Source: Mayamaea pseudoterrestris (taxonomy: Eukaryota). Taken from it: DNA of 64,000 nucleotides. This document shows positions 52,725 to 60,850 of the stretch, piece by piece. The stretch is from the NCBI GenBank assembly GCA_027923505.1, contig BROI01000005.1, forward strand, positions 1,116,001-1,180,000. Direction: 5' to 3'. The notes beneath the pieces were generated by a model. The model was not told the origin of the DNA, searched no databases, and saw nothing but the letters and a program-made list of their open reading frames with translations. The position numbers and the translations under genes were made by a program. Position 1 is the first letter of the stretch, and every line of letters starts with the position of its first letter.

Positions 52725-55364
52725 ATGAGTCACAGTCCATCTAAAGGCAGAGGACCCATCGAGAACTCGGAGTCTGCAATTGGTCGTATAGATGCTGCTG
52801 CGGTAGAAGATTCCAGCGTGGAAATCTTTGATTGGAGCGCATTCTACAGTGATGACGGCAAAATATACTACTACAACTCCAAGACCAAAGAATCTTCGTG
52901 GGACCCACCACAACATGGTCAATTCAATCCTGCTCCAGCGCAAGATCAAGTGGCAAGTGAACGCCTAGTGGCTGTTTCTGATGCAGAACTTGTTTCAAAA
53001 GATTCGGAATTGGCGCCTACATCAGAGACATGGACTGTTTATCAAGCAGACGACGGGAGCGAATATTTCTACAATAACCTTACAGGTGCAACACAATGGG
53101 AGCGCCCGGACGATTACGTTAACCATGTCGAAGAAGCAGCAATAATGCCAGATGGTGGAAAAGAAAACGGGGAAGCTGTGTTAGACGCGCCTCGGTCCAT
53201 GGGGATTGACGAGGTAATTCAGAAAGCCGACTTTGATTTGCCCTCGGAGCCACCAGGTGTCATTGAGCAAGTAGGATCAGGATTGGAACTGGAACCAGAG
53301 CTTGATCCAGTAAAAAAGCGACTGCAAAATGCTCGAAATGCGCTTGCAGAACCAGATAGTGTTCTCGAGCCTAATGTCATGGCGGCTGTCACAGAAGTAG
53401 TCACTGGCGATGGTGGTAATCCGACAAATGCCATTTCTGCTTTAATTGATAACTTCCAAGGACAAACTGCAACGTGCGGTTTGCTTGCGCGATGGCTGGC
53501 AGACTTGCGCTCAGCAGCGGCAAGATCCGCATCGCTACAAGACGCCGCCCAGCAATCGCCAGACTGTTCGCCCCAGGCTGACGAGATTCGTCGCGTCGCT
53601 CAAGGCATTATCTGCAAAATCGCAAATGAGCGTTTCACCAAGGAAACTGGAGATTCTATATTAAAACTTACAAAGTCGGAAGCTGTTTTTCTGGAAGAAA
53701 TGATGGATTCGCCAAGATGGCGACAGCTTCTGATTGACTTATCGGCCAGCCACAAGGATAATGCCGTCTTGGTGTGGTGTTTGATGGCCATTTCAAAGCG
53801 TGGTCATCATCGTGAAATTGCCAAGCGAGTCAATCAGTCAGAACACTTTGCCGTATTTAATGCCATGCTTCTTTCGGAAATTGCGGTCATTGGAGAATGT
53901 GCGGTCTCGGCGGGAAGTGATCCGAGGTCGGCTGTTGGCTTGGACGAAATCGTGCGTGACCTGCTGAAAGCATGCTCATCCACGTCGTACACATATTTGT
54001 ATGCCGTCGCATTACTAAGACATCTCGGTAGCCATGCCAATAACTCGCACACAAGTATTTCGCCTCGGCTCCACCGGGCGTTGCGAAAGTGGGAGGCTGT
54101 TGGTCAGAAATTGGAAGAAGTCATGATGGACCCGACGCTGTCTAATTCCGACACGGGCCCTTCGCCTTTGCTGCGCAAGCGGAGACTTGACATTGCCTTA
54201 ATTCTTGAATATATTCAACCTGATCGGAAGCCTGATCGGAAGCCTGATCGGAAGCGGATGCGGTATTTTGGTGCATTGGAAGAAGAAACTGGAGATGCGA
54301 AACACAAGACGGCATTTCTTAAATTCGTTCGGCGTCATGCTAGCGGCATCAAATTGGACGACGTTATACTGAGTGCTTTGCTTCCACAAGCCGTTGACCA
54401 CGGCGTGCCTAAGGCAATTGGCGAAATGCTGGTACAACACCCGGTGGCCGTGCGAGCGCTGCTATTTTATTTGTACGAACCAGGATCCAACCGCCCGACA
54501 ATTCTTCCTGTTAAAAACAAATGCGCACGGGTACTTGCTATCGCCACCACTGCTGCTCAGGCAAGAGCAACATTGCTCGGTAGCGATGATATTGACTGCG
54601 GATCAGTGGATGAGGTTGTCTTGAATGAACGTATTGTTCGAGGGAGTCAGTTGTGCGAGCAAGTCGAAAGCATGGTATCCTTTTTGGTCAATGTCACGTT
54701 GGGGAATGGAGTTAGGGAATCAGACGGACAACAGTTGATAACGCTGGCGCTAGATTGCGCACCTGTTGCTCTGGGAGTCGCTGTCTGGGCTCGACAGTTT
54801 ACGAATGGATATGAATTTGCCGCTTCGGCTTCATTCCCGACGCTGTCCGTCAGTATTCTTTCCCTTATCCGCATAATTAGTATGAAGCATCCATTCACCC
54901 GCCCAGATGCAATGGAGATGGCGTTTCGGCTCTTATCCCATTCAAACCCTGACGTTTCGTACATGAAGATTAACGCAATCAAGGAACAAAGTCTACGCTT
55001 GCTTTTATTTTTGTTATCGAAAGGTGAAGTCGCGCACGTCCTTGGTAAGCTGGTGCATCGAATCGAACACAGCTCCGATTTGGACGCTTCTTTAATCCGA
55101 TATTTTGTTTCCGGTGTTATGGACATTGTCAGCCCACCAGTATCCTTGGTCTTTGCTCGGTGTTTTGGGAAGCTGCTGTTGACATCCAAATGTCTCGATG
55201 CCATTAGGTCAGCCTACTTTTACAAACATGCTAATCTGACAGGCCTACTGCAGTCATTCAAGACTATACGAGCCATTGATGGCAGTAAAATGGACCCGGT
55301 TGATGAACAAATTATGACGTCTCTATATCATGCTTATGAGATTGGCGACGAGGTGATAAGCTAG
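52725..55364 (+). CDS. NELFCD: NELF-C/D (TH1)-like protein with two N-terminal WW domains
   Basis: WW1 WSAFYSDDGKIYYYNSKTKESSWDPP and WW2 WTVYQADDGSEYFYNNLTGATQWERP. TH1 motifs DSVLEPNV...GGNPTNAISALIDNFQG...LLARWL, WRQLLIDL, AISKRGHHREIA, ACSSTSYTYLYA, DASLIRYFVSGVMDIVSPP. Confidence 0.85.
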   Translation: MSHSPSKGRGPIENSESAIGRIDAAAVEDSSVEIFDWSAFYSDDGKIYYYNSKTKESSWDPPQHGQFNPAPAQDQVASERLVAVSDAELVSKDSELAPTSETWTVYQADDGSEYFYNNLTGATQWERPDDYVNHVEEAAIMPDGGKENGEAVLDAPRSMGIDEVIQKADFDLPSEPPGVIEQVGSGLELEPELDPVKKRLQNARNALAEPDSVLEPNVMAAVTEVVTGDGGNPTNAISALIDNFQGQTATCGLLARWLADLRSAAARSASLQDAAQQSPDCSPQADEIRRVAQGIICKIANERFTKETGDSILKLTKSEAVFLEEMMDSPRWRQLLIDLSASHKDNAVLVWCLMAISKRGHHREIAKRVNQSEHFAVFNAMLLSEIAVIGECAVSAGSDPRSAVGLDEIVRDLLKACSSTSYTYLYAVALLRHLGSHANNSHTSISPRLHRALRKWEAVGQKLEEVMMDPTLSNSDTGPSPLLRKRRLDIALILEYIQPDRKPDRKPDRKRMRYFGALEEETGDAKHKTAFLKFVRRHASGIKLDDVILSALLPQAVDHGVPKAIGEMLVQHPVAVRALLFYLYEPGSNRPTILPVKNKCARVLAIATTAAQARATLLGSDDIDCGSVDEVVLNERIVRGSQLCEQVESMVSFLVNVTLGNGVRESDGQQLITLALDCAPVALGVAVWARQFTNGYEFAASASFPTLSVSILSLIRIISMKHPFTRPDAMEMAFRLLSHSNPDVSYMKINAIKEQSLRLLLFLLSKGEVAHVLGKLVHRIEHSSDLDASLIRYFVSGVMDIVSPPVSLVFARCFGKLLLTSKCLDAIRSAYFYKHANLTGLLQSFKTIRAIDGSKMDPVDEQIMTSLYHAYEIGDEVIS
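54219..54254 (+). repeat. 12-bp coding tandem repeat (CCTGATCGGAAG)x3 = PDRK x3
   Basis: Three perfect copies read directly inside the NELF-C/D ORF. Confidence 0.9.
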
Positions 55365-58300
55365 TCTTGTTTACACGACGTAGCGAAATGTACAGCAAGC
55401 TCAAGCTTGTCTTTGACTGATTCGGAAGGTGCGACGACAGTAACTTTTTCTTGGTGACCGAAGATACAAACAACTCGGCAAAAGTCTTCTTGGTCGAGGA
55501 ATCGCATTTCCACTGGAGATGGCGTTGCTAGGCCAGCGTGTCCGGTAAGGTTCACATGTCCGGAATACTCTTCACCGTTATCAAAATCCTCAACCGATGA
55601 CCACCATATAAATCGACGTCCTTGAATTATAGCAAACCCACTACGTTTTTCACCAGTTCCATCGTTAGCTATGCGTAAGATGAGGACCTGTGAGTACCAC
55701 TGAGCTCGCCATAGTCGCTTGAGACGTGCTGTTCGTTTCTCAGTAGTACGGATGGCATGCAGCTCTTCCTGATTGCGTCTGGTATCCCAAAAGTAGGTTT
55801 TTCGTATGTCTTCGTCTGTAGGTAGACCAAGAAATGCATTCCTTAACCACGTCCCGTACCGACTTGGCGCGCAACCGGTACTTTGGTCGTTGTTCGGCAG
55901 CACCTTGGGTTTGATCAATACTTGACTGCCTGAAAACAGATGTCCAAACCTTGTCCAAAAAGTGAATGCGTACTGAAACACTCCTCCGATCATAACAAGC
56001 TGGCGAGTCGGCACAACAGCGAAAAAACTCCACGCAACAACAGCAGCGAGAAATACCATGGCCGACTTGTTAGGGTCTGCGAAGTTAAACATATTCCGCA
56101 AAGCTCCAATAAAGTCTAACACAACGGCGAGAATGTTCTGCACCATCGCAAGCTGATCGCTGAGGCCAAGCATGGTGTTGAATGCTCCGACTGAATTGCC
56201 GAGCAGCCCAAGCCTTTTGTCATTATTTGCCAGGGACGATCGCAGGTATTCCTCTTGAACGACTATTGCGGATTCTTTCTCGATTTCTGATGCCAAAGCG
56301 GGATCGCTGACTGGGCCGTCCCACTTGATGGACAAAAAAATCTGCGGAACTTCTCCTGTTGCATCATGTTGTCGACTATCAACTGTTGCAACGTCGAACC
56401 AACCAGCGATCCTCTGTTGCTCTAGTAGACGCGAGAAAGGAATAATTACATAGCCCGAAACAAAACTGGATCCTGGAAGAAGACTCACAGAGTCAATGAA
56501 CCTCAATTCAAATACCACCGCAGCCCCAGCGGTGTGCCAGGGTTGTAGAACCACCGAATCATCGTTGATACGACTAAAGGGCTGGAGGACCGGAAACGCA
56601 GCATAAGATTGGTCACTTTCGTATTGAAAGAATTCATCGCCCGTCTGGTTGGGTATTAGCAATTTTAAACGCTTACTTAGAGCACTTTCTATCAGGTTCT
56701 CCCATTTTGGTGAAAATCCATATTGAAAGGTCGTAGAAGCTATTTCATGTTGAGTCACAGCGGATGCATCTACTAGACCACGCATTTCTTTCTCCTTGTC
56801 GTCGACAAACCGACTTGGATCCCAAAAAACTGCGCAGGCGACTTTCCCGGCCAAACCGAGCTCAGAACGGAAATTTTTTCCTTCTTTTACTGCCACGCGC
56901 AGGAGCCCCGCAGGTCGGTGCAAACTGTAGTTGGCGGTTGTTTTTGCTGACTTTTCGTTCGCGTCCATGGCTCTATTCAAAATCGTTCGCTTCAGTCGAC
57001 CCAACTTCCTTGCGAAAGCGAGGAAAATCATGGTGATACACAGCATAAAGAACGGTAGACTTCCGATATAAGCCAAATCAAAAGTCGACCAAAACCGAAT
57101 ATATACAACCAAGGAAAAACTTGTCAAGAATGGATTCCTCCAACTTACGACGTATTTGTATCCGTCGATCCCTCGTTTTACATCCTTGACGATATTTGTC
57201 ATCCTCTTCAGGTGCAACTGCAAGGCGGCCATGTCAAATTGTTGTGCGGGACGTCTAGGGCATATGTACGGTTCGCGCCCGTACAGGGAGGACTTATCTT
57301 CTTCCATTATCGCGTGCAGCTCAACTATCCCAGTGATAGCCCCTGGTGAGAGCAGTTCCGCTGTTGCTGTAGCGGCACTTTTGCTTTCCACAAAGAAATC
57401 ATAACCAAAACCGCGCTTGACGCCGCTGCGAAGCGCGAGCTTAAGGTGGAGCGATTCGTACTTCGCTTGACCAAGCAACAGAGAGAAATATGAGCTGATT
57501 GACTGCTCAACAAGTGCGTCGCGGTGCAATTGTAACAAGCACTGCGTTGTTATTAGAGTCTTCCCAATAGGCTTATCATTTGTGGCGTCAATCAATTCTA
57601 CAAGAAATTCTGAACCGTAATGTGTCACGTTGAATGAAATCTCGTTGTTTGCAAACTTGGGGCGAGAGGTACTTTGAACTGTCTGCGTGCGCTTCGTGCG
57701 CAGGTTGTCGCTGGAAGCAACGCGAACATAGTAGTCGCCGTGTCTGAGTCGAAGAGATTGTTCAGTCAAAAGCATTGCATCAGCATGCGGTTCGACTGGA
57801 TTTTCCAAAATACATGCTCTAATAATGGAGAAGGTAACTGTACCAATGCCTCGACCGGTGTCAGTAGAATCACCCAGCGCGGCAGCGAGCATCTTGGCGC
57901 GCTCTCCTCGACTATGTTCTGATCCAGATTGAAGGGAGCTGTCTGGTCCATCCACTGGAGCAACCGTATTGAGAATGCTTTCTACCGTTAGTCTATTTTG
58001 TATCGCCTTGTTTCGAGCTTGTTCAGCAGCGTCGGAGCAGCAGGGAAGCTTAGCATCTACCTGTACTTGACAGTCGGAGCAACAATCGATGGCGCACACT
58101 TCACAGCGGTAAGCGCTCCGTCCACGAAACCCACGCGTAATGTTCCGATTGCAGACACAGCAAGTTGCAGGTTTCCAATGAGAAAGTGTGCGTAGAAGAT
58201 GAGGTCTTGCAAACGCTCTGGGATCAACCCTCGAGGTGGATTGAAGGGACATTGAAACTTCCGAATGTGAATTCTCATCAACGTTTAGCGCTTGTCTTGA

Positions 58301-60238
58301 AGACATTGGCGGATCGTTCAGAAAAGAAACGTCGATACCTTCCTTGTCGTCGATATCTTCAGCGGCTGGTTCAAACATTGCTTCAATTTCGACCATCGCA
58401 GATTGTCCGTCGTCGAGGCCATTCGGCGAAAACCACTGCAGCACAGGCTCAAATGGAATACACAACAGACCATGGCAAGCAGCCTCGATAGAGCATAGAT
58501 TCACGTCAAATAGACCAAGCGGGTTGAAGACGATGTCGACTTGCAACGTTGGAACTGGGCTATCTGAACTCGAATAAGCATGAATCACCGGTATCGACGC
58601 GACGTCATCACTCCACTGGACGCATACGCCACGTTGACTGGACGAGTGGGAAAAAGCTGTCGCATTCTCAGTCCGTACTTTTCCTTTCCAAGGATTGAGT
58701 GACACAATGGCATGCACTTGGGATCCGACGGGGCACGACAGCCTCTGGGCACGAAGCACACGAACATGAAAGATTCCGCGCTTATTCATCTGACTCTCAA
58801 ACGCACGTCCGCTTGATATCCACGAAGCCGTAACCTCGCGTGGCTCGCAATTCGACCAAATTTCAACATGATGAGGGATGGTGGGAGCGTGATCATCAAC
58901 GTTGCCTTTATTTATTAACCCTTGTGCCTGGCCCAATGACGTAAACCCGCTCTCTATACTCGTGGCATCATTGACAAGTCCCGCTAACAATCCCGTTTCT
59001 CGACTATCAAGTGGAATGGAGTAAGGGGTTGTATCTTGCGCCGGTGAATGATTCAAGACAGACGACACGGACCAAGAAGAAAGAATTGACTGAACCTGCT
59101 GTACTTCAAAGGACTCCTGTATATCCGAAGTGCCTGGCGCTGGTAGTCGAGTAACAACTGGAGGCGACGACCCAGGAAGAGGATGAGTCAGCATTTGCTG
59201 TAAATAATCTGATACCAATTGATCATCAGCGTCGGCCATGACGGATACGCCTTGCGTTTGCGCGGTAGCACTGATTGTTAAACCGCCCCTCGTCGACAGG
59301 GAGCCGCTAGTTGAACCATACATTCCAAATGACTGCGGACTGTTTAATTGATCATGCACATCTTCGTCCGCATTCGCAATTGAATTAACTTCAAGCGGCC
59401 GAGGTATTAATCGCCTTGGTGACATCGTCGCTGTTTCACACATCTCTAGGCAGCCAGGAGAACTATTTGGACTCTGCACACATTTGGGAGTGTCCGTTGA
59501 CGAGGAAGAACCCGATATTTTCAATGGAGCAGCTGGTGGATGGGCATCTCGTGTAAATCGCGCACCAGCAGCTGCTGTACGTTCCAATTGCTCTCTGACT
59601 AAACTGTTGTTCGATTGGACAAAATCTGATACATTGGTATTAGATTCCTCGCTTTCGCCTGCCGCAAATTCTTTATGAGATGTTAAGAAATTCGCCTCAA
59701 TTTTTTCACCAGGGTTACTCGCCATCATTGAATTTGACTTTAAAGCGGAATTTGGAATAAGCAGCTCTCGCATCGCTCCCATTGTAAGATCTGGTATAGC
59801 ACCTGTCTCCATGGTACAATTGGAGATGAGATCATGGCATGGCAACAAAGGGGACGAAGCGCATTTTCCTTCGGCAATTCCCTCCGAAACATCGTCATAG
59901 TTTTGATGGTCGAGACGTCGTGTAGCGCGGCATAATTTACCATGCATAGATGAGTTGCCTGAACCTGGTGGCGTCGCATAGGCGCTTCGCTTCAAGCGGC
60001 CAGGCGCAGAACACTTGGTCGTTTGCTGCAAAGGTACTCTAGTCGGAATAATTGGATGTGTTATATGAATAAGTTCTTCCTCCTCGTCTTCCGCCAATGC
60101 TGGTGCTGGTTGAGCGGGTATGGTATTGTCTTCAATTTCGATTGTTGTCTGAGCAGGCTGACGCTTGTTGATTGTCACATCGTCCTGGAAAAGTGGAGAC
60201 GTTGGATCGACTAAAAAGTCATCGACAAGCCACTCCAT
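55361..60238 (-). CDS. Multi-C2 + C1 + transmembrane protein (MCTP-like) with a PH-like C-terminus
   Basis: C2-like GIFHVRVLRAQRL, GTVTFSIIRA, GLLRVAVKEGKN; C1 HLLRTLSHWKPATCCVC...YRCEVCAIDCCSDC...LPC; two TM hairpin regions (VVSWRNPFLTSFSL; FNFADPNKSAMVFL). Confidence 0.8.
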   Translation of the reverse strand: MEWLVDDFLVDPTSPLFQDDVTINKRQPAQTTIEIEDNTIPAQPAPALAEDEEEELIHITHPIIPTRVPLQQTTKCSAPGRLKRSAYATPPGSGNSSMHGKLCRATRRLDHQNYDDVSEGIAEGKCASSPLLPCHDLISNCTMETGAIPDLTMGAMRELLIPNSALKSNSMMASNPGEKIEANFLTSHKEFAAGESEESNTNVSDFVQSNNSLVREQLERTAAAGARFTRDAHPPAAPLKISGSSSSTDTPKCVQSPNSSPGCLEMCETATMSPRRLIPRPLEVNSIANADEDVHDQLNSPQSFGMYGSTSGSLSTRGGLTISATAQTQGVSVMADADDQLVSDYLQQMLTHPLPGSSPPVVTRLPAPGTSDIQESFEVQQVQSILSSWSVSSVLNHSPAQDTTPYSIPLDSRETGLLAGLVNDATSIESGFTSLGQAQGLINKGNVDDHAPTIPHHVEIWSNCEPREVTASWISSGRAFESQMNKRGIFHVRVLRAQRLSCPVGSQVHAIVSLNPWKGKVRTENATAFSHSSSQRGVCVQWSDDVASIPVIHAYSSSDSPVPTLQVDIVFNPLGLFDVNLCSIEAACHGLLCIPFEPVLQWFSPNGLDDGQSAMVEIEAMFEPAAEDIDDKEGIDVSFLNDPPMSSRQALNVDENSHSEVSMSLQSTSRVDPRAFARPHLLRTLSHWKPATCCVCNRNITRGFRGRSAYRCEVCAIDCCSDCQVQVDAKLPCCSDAAEQARNKAIQNRLTVESILNTVAPVDGPDSSLQSGSEHSRGERAKMLAAALGDSTDTGRGIGTVTFSIIRACILENPVEPHADAMLLTEQSLRLRHGDYYVRVASSDNLRTKRTQTVQSTSRPKFANNEISFNVTHYGSEFLVELIDATNDKPIGKTLITTQCLLQLHRDALVEQSISSYFSLLLGQAKYESLHLKLALRSGVKRGFGYDFFVESKSAATATAELLSPGAITGIVELHAIMEEDKSSLYGREPYICPRRPAQQFDMAALQLHLKRMTNIVKDVKRGIDGYKYVVSWRNPFLTSFSLVVYIRFWSTFDLAYIGSLPFFMLCITMIFLAFARKLGRLKRTILNRAMDANEKSAKTTANYSLHRPAGLLRVAVKEGKNFRSELGLAGKVACAVFWDPSRFVDDKEKEMRGLVDASAVTQHEIASTTFQYGFSPKWENLIESALSKRLKLLIPNQTGDEFFQYESDQSYAAFPVLQPFSRINDDSVVLQPWHTAGAAVVFELRFIDSVSLLPGSSFVSGYVIIPFSRLLEQQRIAGWFDVATVDSRQHDATGEVPQIFLSIKWDGPVSDPALASEIEKESAIVVQEEYLRSSLANNDKRLGLLGNSVGAFNTMLGLSDQLAMVQNILAVVLDFIGALRNMFNFADPNKSAMVFLAAVVAWSFFAVVPTRQLVMIGGVFQYAFTFWTRFGHLFSGSQVLIKPKVLPNNDQSTGCAPSRYGTWLRNAFLGLPTDEDIRKTYFWDTRRNQEELHAIRTTEKRTARLKRLWRAQWYSQVLILRIANDGTGEKRSGFAIIQGRRFIWWSSVEDFDNGEEYSGHVNLTGHAGLATPSPVEMRFLDQEDFCRVVCIFGHQEKVTVVAPSESVKDKLELAVHFATSCKQD

Positions 60239-60410
60239 ATTGGCTGTTAGTTACGCTTAGAAACTACCTCGCATTTACAAGTATCACTTGCGTTATACTT
60301 ATATTTGTGCTGTCGGGGGCGTACAGTTTTACGACGTAATGCAATGAAGCAATCATGGCGCGACAGTAAAAGAAGAAAAAACCAGAACCTGTTGAATACT
60401 TAAGCCATAA

Positions 60411-60745
60411 TGACGCAGTTTTCACTGGCACTCGTTTCATACTTATGCCTTGTGACGCAATTATCACTGGCACTCGTTTCGCTATATTGCCTTGTGACGC
60501 AGTTTTCACTGGCACTTGTTTCGTAATATTGCCTCATGACACAGCTTTCACTGGCACTCGTTTCATTCAATTTTCTTGCTGACGCAGTTTTCACTGGCAT
60601 TTGTTTCGTACTATTGCCTTATGACGTAGTTTTCACTGGCACTCGGTTTGTACTATTGCCTTATGACGTAGTTTTCACTGGCACTTGTTTCGTACTATTG
60701 CCTTATGACGTCGTTTTCACTAGCACTCGTTTCGTACTATTGCCT
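60411..60745. repeat. Minisatellite: 8 x ~42-bp units, consensus TGACGCAGTTTTCACTGGCACTCGTTTCGTACTATTGCCTTA
   Basis: Units start at 60411, 60453, 60495, 60537 (43 bp), 60580, 60622, 60664 and 60706 (40 bp, truncated). Confidence 0.95.
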
Positions 60746-60850
60746 GCGTACCGGTACAGTACGCGAGATCAGTTCGCCTCCCCTTCCACACCATTGCTTG
60801 CTTTCAATGAATTGAAAAAACCATTCTCTGCAGCTTGTTCAAGCGTTACA

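Noticed and set aside
60264..60600. Minus-strand ORFs with MPVKTAS/ETSASENC repeats
   Set aside because: These are by-products of a repeat unit divisible by three, with no independent coding evidence.
60411..60745. CRISPR array interpretation of the 42-bp repeats
   Set aside because: The variable parts are only ~14 nt and are homologous to each other rather than unique spacers. There are no cas genes and the context is eukaryotic and intron-containing.
60746..60775. Helitron or MITE terminus at the GCGTAC...GTACGC hairpin
   Set aside because: No CTRR end follows, and I found no terminal inverted repeats or target-site duplication.
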